NCBI GenBank assembly: GCA_964035545.1
Contig: OZ037767.1
Location: forward strand, 27,296,628-27,360,627
Reading direction: 5' to 3'
Source: Bugula neritina
Taxonomy: Eukaryota; Animalia; Bryozoa
Length of the DNA: 64,000 nucleotides
Shown here: positions 1 to 12,347 of the stretch, one piece after another
Position numbering within the stretch: position 1 is the first letter of the stretch
Layout: each line of letters starts with the position of its first letter
The notes under the pieces: generated by a model
What the model saw: the letters and a program-made list of their open reading frames with translations, nothing else
What the model was told of the DNA's origin: nothing
The model's database searches: none
Position numbers and translations under genes: made by a program

Positions 1-1593
1 CTCCTTAAGCTCATTGCTAAGGCCTCATTCGACTCAAAACTGCTAAAGGATGGAGCGTTTATGTTGTACTTATTGGGTACAGTCTTGAGACAATTGGTTG
101 GCTATGTTCCACCCATGTTCATTGTTAGTCGAGCTATTGACTTTGGAATAGCACAGGAGAGCACAGGCTTCCTAATGTCAGCGTATGGTGTAACTAACAT
201 CGTAGGCAGACTACTGATCAGTTTTCTGGCTGACGTATCATTTGTTAAGCCTAGAAGATGCTACTTGTATGGACTGGTTTCCATCTGTGCTGGAGCAGTG
301 ACAGTGGTTAACTTTGGAAGTCAACTTTCTCATCAAATGACTTTCTGTGCTTTTTATGGTCTCTTTTACGGTAGGCGTTAAATTAGCAATCCTCATCTAA
401 ATGAACTAGTTTCTATATATCAGTTACTCGTTTAGGATTCATTTAGGTACAGCAGTGAAGAAACTGAGATAGCCTAGGTTCTGTAATTTTCTTAATAAAA
501 TATTTTGGTTTGAGGCGCAGGTTGAAATTCTCGTACCAGAACTAAATTTCTCTTGCTAAATTTCTGTTTTAGAATGTACAGGGTTTTCTTCATTACTGTA
601 TCTACTTCCAAAGAGTCATGTGCAATTTTTTGTAAAATTTTATTGGTTTGTATTTTATTGAACAAAGGAAAAATATTGTTTTACTTGCAGGTTGTGCAAT
701 AAGTATGAAGTGCACTGTGTTGGCCGATGTTATTGGTAATCAAAAACTGTGCACTGGATTCGGAATGATTATGTTTGCCGCAGGCTTTACTGTATTTCTT
801 GGACCATCCTTAGCAGGTGGTTTGTCTTTACTGATGTTAATTAATATGGCCTTGCCCAATAAATGTTTATTGCATAGCAGCTATTGTACACACTATTTTC
901 AAAAATTTACCATATCTTGTAATGATTACTTATTTCTTGCGTCATAACATTGCTTGTAGGCATTGAAGTTCACTAGTGGGATAATTTGAAACTAAGTCAA
1001 AATATTGGAATTGAACTAAGAAAACAAATTCTATTAAGCACATTTCTGCAGCATCACACTAATTGCTAAAGTTTGCATCCCACTATGGCAGTTCCAGTCA
1101 AGCAAATCTTATAGTCTGAAAAGTAAACTACCCACCCAACTATCTAGTCAAACTAAAGCATTGCCAACCCCACCCCCCCCCCCCCCCCCACTAACTAGTA
1201 TTAGATAATCTGGGCAACTACAGGCAATGTAGTGCTTTGCTCAAAAACTGTTAGTTGGCTGCGAGATAATTATATATTACAGAAAGTACAATTTTTTTAT
1301 TTTTCATAATTCTGATTCCTACCTACATAAATAGAAATTATACTTTCTTATGTGGGCTTATAGTCAATAGCAACAATTTTATTTTTAACAAAGCAATTTC
1401 ATGTATTGTAATTATATTGTTAGGCTGGATATATGATGCAACAAGAAGTTATGACATCGTCTTTGGAATCTGTGGGGGAATATTCATCATGAGTGGAGTA
1501 GTTGTCCTCCCTATCTTATATGTTTTGAAATACCGAAAGAGAGTTAAAGAGATGAAAACGAGTATGACGATGACCAGTTTACTAAAAAACTGA
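1..1593 (+). CDS. SLC16/monocarboxylate transporter-like MFS protein, 3' part (exons <1-370, 691-816, 1424-1593)
   Basis: Three exons join in frame through GT-AG introns. They encode hydrophobic TM helices with MCT-type motifs (GVTNIVGRL, YGLFYG, GPSLAGWIYDATRSYD). Stop TGA at 1591-1593; the 5' end lies outside the window. Confidence 0.88.
450..598. mobile_element. ~150-bp MITE (Tc1/mariner-type non-autonomous element), copy 1
   Basis: Terminal inverted repeats CAGCAGTGAAGAAA / TTTCTTCATTACTG match at 12 of 14 positions. TA flanks both sides (448-449, 599-600). A homologous copy lies in the opposite orientation at 52657-52805. Confidence 0.75.
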
Positions 1594-3723
1594 GTTTTGC
1601 ACAATGTTGATTTTCACTGGATTGTTTATATACTATACAGCAGAGCTTCTAATAGACTTGTGTTTGTAAATATATTTGATAGATTGCATTGATATAGGTT
1701 ATATTGTTTGCAGCTAAATGACACAATTATTTATATGCATATGTACAATTTATCATTTGGGTAATTGATCTTTTTAAAAAGTGGGTTAAGCTATTGCCGA
1801 ACAATTATTTCAACTAAAAATTTTTAAATAATAGGATTGCATAAAAAGCTGGTAAAAACAGCTAATTGTGAAACAGTGAGGAAGTAAAGTATTCTCATAT
1901 GTACTAATGAAATCAGCATGCTGAGAGTAACGACCTTTGTCAACCTTGTAAACTGCACATTATTTGCTGAAACTTTGAGGCAGTTCTATTTATAAAAAAC
2001 TTGATACGTTATATAGGGGAATACAACCTAAAGTTCATCTAAAGTCGTACAATTCAACAAATTAACACCAGATTCAGAGGAAAATGTTTAACTGTAAACA
2101 ACATAATTGATCTTTTAATGAGACAAGCAACCAGGGACTACGTCTGTGAAAATCAGATCACATAATCAATTAAAATTAAATACACGTAATAAAGAAGCAC
2201 GTCACTGATTAGCTATAGTCTACAGCAGCTAACACCTGCTGGAGGTAAAATGAAAAGTAAATCATAATAAGAACTTGTTGCCCAAGGGCTAGCCTGACTG
2301 ACAAATTAAGTATGTGTAAGGAAGTGGGATTACACAATTGAAATTCTTTGAGATGGACACTCAGGGGAAACATTTCCATGATTTTCTCTCATTAAACTTG
2401 CATAACTAATGGGTTTTATTTTATCAGAGATATAACAATTGTCTGGCATGAGGCTTTGGCTGATTAAAAAATCTAAGCAAAAAAATAAGATGACTAAGCA
2501 AGGCATTCATTTTCAGCAAAGATTTTCTGGCATATCATGAGTTGTGCTCTCATACTTGAGTTTAGAAAGTGATGTTACCAAAACACTTGGTTGATCGATG
2601 TTAGAAATTCCATGTTTCTATTGTACAGCTTAAAATTTCAGCAGTGAATGGTTCTGTACTGGCTAAAAGGTACTTGATTTGCATTATTTGCAGCTCTATA
2701 ACTCTGACTAAGAATATATTAGCACATGATGGGCCCTGTTGAACTAATACAGTCCGCAATAGATCCTGCTAATGTTTTTTTTAAAATAGAGCACAGATAT
2801 ATGAGCTACGGTACGTTGACCCAATAAATTATTTCACATTCATAACAAAGCTGAATGGTAGTGGCTGCATAACGAAATATATTTCCCTAACCTCTTATTC
2901 ATTTATTAATAATTATGCACTAAACAGCCAGAGGTGACAACTCCTAGGAAGCTGATTAATGGGAATAATCTACGCATATTCAAGATACTAAAATAGAGGA
3001 GGGAAAAGACAATGTTGGACCATAATAAAAGAAATTAAGGAGAGGACAAACACTAGAAATGATTTACGAAGAAGTTTTAAATTTTATTAAAAATCCAAAT
3101 GGTTATTACTGTAACATCATATTTAAATACAGCATTCAAATAACAAATACATATTAGATAATGCATTCCAGTTATATGGAAATAAAATAAAAGACAAACA
3201 TGAAACAAGTTTGCTAAATGATTAAGAATATAATAATAAATAATGATATATTGAGGACAAAACTAAATGAGTAATAAGCATATCAAGTTGAAAAGATTTA
3301 AGTAAAATCTGTATAATTGATAAAAAATGTTAGACAGTTAAATAGAGCATAGCAATAGTCCTCAAATTGGTTTTTCTGTATAGAACATGAAGGATAAGTA
3401 AAGGTGACAGCAGGTAAAGTAGTGCTGCTCAACATGTGCACCAGGCAGTTACATCACAAGTCAGCCAGACTGCAAACAGTCAGCAAGTATATAATCAGTT
3501 CAATGCAGAAGGTCAAACCAGTCACTTTACGCAGCATACTATTCCAATTATCACTAAGCAAAATTGTTAACAGAATATTTCACAAGCATCCCATGCTTAG
3601 AAAAAACATTTGGTTTAGCAAATACAGTGACATTTAGATTGACTGCATCCCACAATTGGTTTCAAATAAACACGCACTATAGAATATTATACTATTACGG
3701 CTACTATGTATGACCCCAGTGGT

Positions 3724-6700
3724 TTAGGTGAGAAAGAAATAAAATGTTATGCTGTTGATCACTACTAACCTCACATCATCATTGTCATCTAGAAAGATCG
3801 ACTTCAAACGGTTGCATCTAGATATGTCAATATAAGGAACATTCTGATGTAACAGGAGCCACGCCTTTTGTACGTCTGCCAGCAAGAGCTTACATGGCTC
3901 ATGAAGAAACACCAGTCTCATGGCCATGTGATCATCACATAGTAGAAATCGCTCTCTCAGTAGCAGCATCAGGACAAGAGTAAAATCTTGTAGCACTGTG
4001 CTAGACCAGTCCTGGTAATGGTTACACGATACACGAGTTAAACATAATGATGCTCTAAAGTATTTGGTTAACTTCAGTAGCGTTTAAACTCCGCCACATT
4101 GGCTACATGCTTTTTCAATGCAGACGCATAAGTTTCCCAGCAACAGACCGCACAACAACTGCTAGATAACTTATTATCATTGTTGATATCTATTAAAAAC
4201 TAAAAAAGCAAGATGGCATAATAACACATCATTTTCTTCACTACAAACTCTCAACTACAAAATTTAATGCTCACCAAAATCTGAAATAACAATTTTATAA
4301 GAATAACTAAACAAGATTGCTGCCAACTATACGATAAGGATACTATACTATATCAACATTCTAAGAGTATGATATAAGAGCGAACCTGAAGAAAAAGCTG
4401 GTCCCATATGAAGAGAATAGAGGGCGTGTCAAGGACCCCCACAAACCCCTCCCCCGTCCATTTCCGTATATAATTACGAGGGTCAGACAGCAGTTGCTGT
4501 GAGTCAAGGTTAGACGACTCCATAGGATTACTCAGAAGCTCACGAGCTGCTTGTCTTTCCTAAATTAAATCGAAAAATCCACATAAATTTTATTACTTAA
4601 AGTGAGGAGAACATTGAAGAAATAATGTTAGCGCAAAAAGAATAGTTTTCATATAATCACTGCGCTTCCATTGCTAAGAATGAATCCGTGCGGATGAATT
4701 TGTGGTAGTGGTCTGCATTAACCTATGGTTGCGGTTTCATTTGATGTAACTGTTTCCAAATATTGAATAAAAAAATCCATTAGCATAATGTGAAGCAATG
4801 GAAAGAATCTAGAAGAAAAATCTAGATGTTGAGTAAAGAGTAGACAACTAAAAACAGTTGAAAGATTGCATACAGATACATACACATATACAAATCTGAT
4901 ATACAGCACTTGCCTTTTGGAGTATTTCAACAACAAAATCTTTAGCATTGACCTCTGAGTTAACTTGACTGATGGCACAGAGATGGTCGTAGAGCTCATG
5001 GTCACCTACTCTCAGGTAGTCCATGACTATGTCAGCAGTTGCATACACCTGCTTCCACTGCATGAACAGGCTGTAACATACAAACAACTTGCTATATGCT
5101 GTGAACTGTGTGCTGTTATATACTTGTGTAGCTCATCTTCGTATTGTGTCTACCTCATCCAGAGAAAACAGAAAGCAAAAACATGCTTATTCATTTATTT
5201 ATTTTGTAGAATTTTTTTTAAATATTTCAATCACCAATTGGTTGAAACTTTTAGATAAATGAGAGCTAAGAAGCAAATTGATTCATTAAGATAAAATAAG
5301 ATATATACGGTACGTCTAGCACACACTAACACTAAAACATAGCAGCTAATCTATCATTAATATGAAGAATCTTCTGTAACTTACCTGGAGTTGAGAATGT
5401 CTAGGAGCATAGCTAGCTCATATACATACTCAGGGCCAACGCTTTCAGCTTGCTCAGTAAATGCCAACTAAAACATAGCAGTTACGAAGTTAGCTTATTT
5501 AACTGATTAACTCACAGGGAATACTATAAACTCATAAACTAACATTACATACTCTCAACTCACTAACTCACAGGGAATATTCTCAACTAACTAAGAATGA
5601 ATATTCTTAACTCAGCCGAAGCACATATTTTTAACCCGCTGGAATTGCAGAGCAGCTGAAGTGATTTCTATACCTGTAGAGGAAAGAGCCACAAAATGAG
5701 ATAAGGTTGGTAGGTCTTGTCGTAGACATAGAGCACATTTAGTGCCTTGATAGCATCCTTCATTATATCCTTGTTTCTGTAACACAATTTGTATCTGGAC
5801 TAAGGCGGAGCATACATGAAACAAAGCAAGGTTTAGAGACATAATAACAAGTAGCTGCTGCTCCTTAACACAGTACGAGGCTAGTTGATGTTGGAGTATA
5901 AAGAAAAGGTGGACATACTTGCAGGAAGCCAATGCAGGCACTGTTTCGTACATTTCTACGACTGAATTCTCTATCAATCTGTGGAGAGGAGACCGAGTAG
6001 CTCTGGGTATCTTCAACTCTCCCACATTGCGAGCAACAGTTTTCCCAAACCTGCGGTGAGGAGCATAAAATATTATGTTGGTCAGTAGCTGACTAGTAGA
6101 TAGCCAGCTTGGTTTTTATAAAATGACGGCCTGTCATCAACTTGATAAGAACAGAGATTGTAAAACATACAAATTGTTTGTCTACTCATCCAATTTTGAA
6201 ACATGTAATTGATCCATACATATTTGAGATGTCAAGGCATAATTTTACAATGACAAAACACACTAGCTCTTTGGTCAGAACCAATAAACATCATAGAACT
6301 ATGAATGGTTTCAACCAATCATACAAAAATTTCCAATATTTAGCAGTTGTAAATAAAACACAGTGAAACAACATTTAGAGCCAACAAAATGATAAATTTA
6401 AAACTAATTATATACGAATCAGTTCTTTGAATACAATAAATAGCCATTTCATTTATTAACATTGTGATGACAATTGAAACTAGCTAGAGCACCTCTCTCT
6501 GACAACTTTCTCCACATTGACACCATAGGCTAGCTTTTCTCTCTCAGCTTTGTACAGAGACTCAGTCCACATGTAAGAGCGGAGTTTAGTCGGCAGCAAT
6601 CTGCCATTCAACCGTTTAGCCACTGTGGAGAACCTCCTTGGACTACGCTCTAACAACTTTACAATTGCCTCGGCTACAAAGTCATATTAGGATGTTAGAC

Positions 6701-9700
6701 GAAGCATTACCCACCATATTGTATTCAGGGTTCTCCCTAGAGACGTGTGTGTTGGGCAGAATGCAGGGTGGAGTCCTTCACATATTATATGTTGAATATA
6801 ATGACATGCACACAGCATTTATAATATATAATAATGGGTATAATTAAAATCTGAATAAAAAAATACTGTTCAATTTCAGCTTGCTATGGAATATAATCCA
6901 AGTTACTTTTAAACTGAAGAGATTTGAAGCAAAAAATAAAATCTATAATACTTTCTGCTAGACATACACAAGGAATTGCACAACGCAGTCAGAAGCACTA
7001 AACTTTTAGCTCTGAATTTGAGTCGATCCCCTAAAACTTAGACAAATCAGAGTCATTATTGCTTAGATTTGAAAACTCAGGCAGGTTCAGTTTCTGGAGA
7101 TGAGCAACTCTCTACCTGCCCATCTAGGGAATGTACTGACTGTAATATCTGATCAGCTAGTCAAAGAGAAACTGAGCTGTAGCTACTAACCAATCAATTC
7201 AATAGATTTAGAGGTCATTGAAGGGTGCAGAGGCTTCTTGTCTAAATTATATATAGTGGCTCTGACTCTTTCTGTCTTTATACTGCTTATGGAACTGGAT
7301 CTACATGTAAAAGAATAGTAATTACATAACAATTTACTTCATTATAGAAGAGCAGGCCATGTACAGGAGTCATATAATGTTATAAAGATGACATTATTAC
7401 AGATATCAATTAGATAGTACGTGGAACAGAACCTGGAGCTGCTAGCAGTAGAACCTGCAGGCGACACTGCACCATGATCTCTAGAGTGATGAGGCTGACT
7501 GTCTCTATCCTTTAGAGTTTGATGTGCGTGTTTGTCGCCTATACCAGGTAACTTCTCATATGAGTATTGAGATAACAGAGAATCTGAGTTTACAGTATCT
7601 TCCTTAACAGCAGCTATAGCAGCTTGTTCCTGCAGAATAAAAGAGGATTAATGAATACAGGAGGATATATACAGGGGGATATATAAAGAAGGATATATAC
7701 AGGAGGAGAATGTATACAAGGGGATATATACAGGATTATATATATACAGGAGGATATATACAGAAGGATATATACATCATCATCATAAGCAGTCCGCCGA
7801 GGCGACGATGACTGTTCTAGGTTTAGGTCTGTGAATCATAGCTTTCCAGATAGGTCGACGGTTAGCTGCAGCCTGCCAAGTATCCTGTCTAATGCCTCTC
7901 CAGTTGAAGTTTCTTTTCACTACATCTTTAAATCTGAGACGAGGACAGCCCTGATTCCTTTTCCCTGAACTCAGTTGTGAGTAGAACAGCTGCCTAGGTA
8001 GTCTCTCTCCATCCATTCTGTGAAGGTGACCGGTCCATCTCAGATTTTGCTCAATGAGCATATCTGCCATTGGAGCTAAACCACTTCTTCTGTATATTTT
8101 GCGATTTGAAACTTTATCTTTCCAAGTTAGCTTCATAATTTCTCTCAAATGCCTCATCATATATGAATTTAGCTTCTTGACCTGTGTTCTATAAACTGTC
8201 CATGTTTCGGCCCCATACAGCAAGGTAGATAAAACTATATACAGGAGGATTATATATACAGGAGGATATATACAGGAGGATATATACAAGATTATATATA
8301 TACAGGAGAATTATGTATACAGGAGGATATATACAGGAGGATAGATACAGGAAAAATATGTATATAGGAGAAATATGAATAAGTTAGAAAATTTTGGGGA
8401 TTTGTGAAATCAATTTTTTATTTTTGAAAAAATAGAATGATAAATTAGAATAATTACTGGTACAAGTTTAAAATAAATACAACTTATAATATGGTCAGAC
8501 AACCTTTGCTGCACCACTTACCTGCTTATAATGTTCTCTGTGTAAACCAACACGAAACGTGTTGGAAGTCTTTTTTATAAACTGCTTCATACTTTCTGAT
8601 AATTTAGTATTTTCAGCATCTGGCAGGCAGCCAATCTAAAAATATATTATGTTATCTACACCTATACAGATTATCTAAATAATTATAAATAGTTTCATCA
8701 AGCAGCGTAAAGCAACATTAATTTATTATATAAATATAAAAAGTCACAGTATGTATTCGATAAGTAATCTATTAACAAACATGACTGTTACAGCTAAACT
8801 GCAACTCACAAGTTTTTATAGTTAAGTTTAAACTGTAAATTAATTTATTCCCAAACTAACCTGCCTGGCAGCTTTCAGCAACTGATTTTTGAGCCAACTA
8901 GAAGCTTCTAATGCTAACTTTTTCTGGTCATCATCAGAGATGTGCTCCAATGTGACGTGGGACAATGACCTGAGCACATCTGGGTAGTACTTCGCCATGA
9001 AACTGTCCCCTACAATAGTCAGACTGACATCAACACTATGCAAACTGTGACACTTGAAGTGTATGTCACCTCATGGCAATGGCTATCAACATAAACCCCA
9101 CAAAATAAACATTCTCGTGATGAAAACACTTAGTTTTAAGAGCATTTTTAGTTTAAGGTTTTAAAATGGATGCACTTTTGCAATTGCCATCTGTATATTC
9201 TAGCCATATTAATTTACATGTTTATTAAAGCTAAGCCTGCGTATAAGGAAGTGCTGAGCCATGACTATGTATAGGAGAAAGTATGTAACAGTTGTCAGTA
9301 TTCTGAAGCTATAACAATGCAATAGTTGGCTGAACATTCCATTAAATGATGAAACGACACTTCCTATCAACCAGTTCACAGCATATCACTAGACAATCCT
9401 CCTTCTTATGAACTCTTACTGAAGACAGGTTGGAATTTTTGTGGGTCAAATTACCCACGCAATATAAAAAAGGATCATTGGTTAAACAAAGAGAGCCAAA
9501 AATATTTAAACGAAAGCAGAGAGCCAGCACTAAGAAAAAGTTTTGTAGGATTACATACTTCTCATTAGTCTGAAATCTTTCAGTGTACATAGTTTAGTTA
9601 GGAGTGCTGAAGTATTTTACAAGAATTTGTATGTCAATTTATAAGTAAATTAATGTTTCATTTAAAGGTGGTTAGCTGGGTGGGGTAATTACCAGTAAAC

Positions 9701-10885
9701 TTTTAGCAGAAACCCGCACTACTTATAATATAAATAACTGAATTTTACCAGAAAATTTTCTTTTTACAGTTGATGGTTTATGTTCCATTACAAATTATAG
9801 CAAATATCATGAAAACATGAACCGAAATAATACCTGTAGTTGAATAGTTTGCTCTATATTTTATAAGTATAGAAGCACTACATTACATACAGCTTACTCA
9901 GATGAGTGTAATGATACAAGAAGTGCTGAAATTGGAGCAGGTGATAACATAAATCATATTTATTACACTATTACATAATAGTTTATACAAGATATACAGT
10001 ATCACATATCAGTTTAAACAAATAACATTACAATCACTAATCCCTCTATGAATTATCTCAGTCAGATCTAAGCAAAGCCATCTGCGATATGTGTCATTAT
10101 CTGTCAGATTGCTTTATGAACAATGGACTGGTAGGCAAACTGACAACCAGTATTTTTAAGGCTTCATATATACCAGTACTTATTATGTACAGAGATGACA
10201 CAAGAAAGTGTTTATGCTTTTTGCTTTGTCAATACTAATCACACACATTTATACTGTTGAGTTATTACAGAAAAAAATACTACTTAAAAATGAAAACCAT
10301 ATGAAGCCTAAAATTAAAGATTTTTAAACATCAGAATTGTAACAGTAAAAGTACTGGTGAAGTTTCAAATTAATCACACCATAGTGGTGATAACTCATGT
10401 GTAGAACAGATGGTGGAACAACTAGAAGACTTTTAGAAAATCAGTTTTAAACACATTTTATTGAAACCAGATCTAATAACTGACTGCTGTCTGACACCAA
10501 AATTTGACATGAAAAATTCAGAAAATTGGGATAAGCACTAAAAAAATTAAAAACTTTGCCTGACGAGACAAAAAGCTTACCCAACATTTTAGCTAGAATA
10601 GAGGCTCTTTGCATTTGCGACATTTGCTTACGGACAAGAATGGCCAATGCGTCACATAACTCTTCGTTGATGACATGCCACGGCATACCTACAACGAGAA
10701 ATTGTACAGAGTAGAGTTGAGAATACTGACTTAACATAGGAAAGTGAATATGACTTTGTAACAAGGAAATAGGGCTAACCTGGTAACAGCGTTTCTTGGT
10801 AACATGAATCTAACCAGACTGAAGCAAATGGATATAATGGATTCTCATTAGTGACTGAAAGTGGAGCTTTTGGTGAAGGAGGCAT
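3724..10885 (-). CDS. Uncharacterised protein with a divergent TBC/Rab-GAP-like domain. Exons approx. 10780-10885, 10581-10688, 8861-9009, 8522-8635, 7433-7630, 7191-7300, 6493-6671, 5919-6051, 5676-5777, 5385-5467, 4914-5070, 4386-4560, 3724-4012; 3' end uncertain
   Basis: Exons splice with compatible phases into one ORF starting MPPSPKAPLSVTNENPLYPF. TBC-like motifs occur in the expected order: GRLLPTKLRSYMW (GxPxxLRxxxW), ALNVLYVYDKTYQP, DHELYDHL, RKWTGEGFVGVLDTPSILFIWDQLF. The last exon could instead splice at DDNDDVR|gttagt to an exon not identified. Confidence 0.7.
7655..8370. repeat. Degenerate ~13-15-bp minisatellite (ATATACAGGAGG-type), split in two (7655-7774, 8237-8370) by the LINE
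   Basis: Repeated TATATACAGGAGGA units are visible on both sides of the LINE fragment. Confidence 0.85.
7775..8236 (-). mobile_element. 5'-truncated RTE-clade LINE (3' end of the RT ORF) in a TBC-like gene intron
   Basis: The ORF has the typical RTE C-terminus: TLLYGAETWT...LRWTGHLHRM..ERLPRQLFY...GKRNQGCPRLRFKD...WQAAANRRPIWK. It ends in a (TGA)n tail at 7775-7785. Confidence 0.85.
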
Positions 10886-10924
10886 TGTCAACGGAATAAT
10901 GAGTAAATAGTGAGTTAGATAAGG

Positions 10925-12347
10925 TTATAAGTGATTTCGGGCTTGAAGTGGTCGGTTTCCGTCAGCTGCAGTAACAGGTGGAGGTACTGCTTCCAACTCT
11001 GCTTTACCTGAGCCGTAACAGTATTTTAGCTTCGAGTCAATATAGGAATTCTAAAAAATAACATTTATAATCCTATAAATTGACTTAAAAATATAGCAGT
11101 TTGTTTAGAATAAAATAGTGTATAGCATAATATAAAAATGTAATTAGAATAAGCAAAACTTCCAATTTGTTAGTTTAGCTAATACGTCTGAGGTTTAGAA
11201 TACAGCTTATCGGCAGATAGAAAATTTAACAACTTTTAGAATATATATACCTCATGCTTGACACTTTCTGATGAAGTTCGACATTTTGTAAGACACAGAT
11301 CAAAGTGGTCAGTTATAAGCGAGTACACACGGTTAATATTATTAGGTTTTTGATCCAGCACTTTCCTCAATAAGTATACCTATCAAAATGACATACATAA
11401 AACAATGTTGCTTCTAAATTAACAAAATAGTTTTATGGGACAAAAACACAACACATTCTAGTGCAATCCTTTGTATCATAACACTCAACTGGCAAGTTAT
11501 AATTAATACAGTTAACAGTACCGGAGCTTTCACAGGCCTCTGACAGTGTCAATCATGTATTATTGATGTATTATCTTCAGGCTTAGCTGCCACCGAAGCC
11601 AGTCAAACAAATCAATTTGATTACAATTCATGGTATAAGTAAATCTCAAATATTGTAAACTTAGTAGTGGAATACATTAATCAATTATGAAAAAAGTCTT
11701 ACTGCCAAGATAGCCACATGGCAAAGCTGATTAAAATCTAGGTATTGTATTGAGAATTGAATTATATTTATTCATTATTGGCAAACCTTTTGTGGATGCA
11801 AGCAGCAAGAAACACACTGTTCGTAGAGCGAGCAGCAGCCTGACGAGCTACAAGTATCGCATTTGTAACGTACTGTCGAAGGGGAGTTAATTTTGCAACA
11901 ACCATTTACTTGCAGATCAAACCTGTCGCAAAAGTAGCCATTTTCATCTGCAATGAATGCCCTTCCTTGAACTGAGTTACGGCAATTGTAAGCCAAATTT
12001 AAATTGTCCCGTTGCTTTATAGAATTTACTGTCTGTTTACCAACACCATTAGCTTTGTGAAATGAGTGCTTCTTTCTATTTTTTACTGGTTTATGAGTAT
12101 ACCCAGCTTTAACTTCAACTTGATTTAAATTAAAATTAAGAGATTTCTTAACCTCATCTTGATCAAGAACTAAAGGCTTCACAGTTTTTAATATTTCGTC
12201 AATTTTCACTGGTGATACTATATCATCGTCGTCGTCTGAAACACGAGTCTTGTACTTCTTATAAGTAGCCACAATAAAATAAGTTAAAGAGAATAAGAAT
12301 ATTGCGAGGAGAACACGTCGTTTTCTCAAAAACAGTGTGGCACTCAT
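10925..12347 (-). CDS. SPRING1: SREBP-regulating gene protein SPRING (C12orf49/UPF0454), ~271 aa; exons 11787-12347, 11251-11379, 10925-11050
   Basis: N-terminal basic residues and a signal-anchor ([22 protein letters not shown]) precede the family Cys-rich domain CRNSVQG...ADENGYFC...NGCC...C..C...[18 protein letters not shown]|...[20 protein letters not shown]|NSY...KYCYG. Both introns are phase-0 GT-AG; TAA at 10925-10927. Confidence 0.93.

Noticed and set aside
5612-6025. 137-aa ORF as a single exon
   Set aside because: It is better explained as two exons (5919-6051, and 5676-5777 in a different frame) plus intron sequence.
6700-6780. GC-richer segment as an extra TBC-like exon
   Set aside because: No combination of splice sites gave a frame-compatible exon with plausible intron lengths, and the flanking exons already join in phase.
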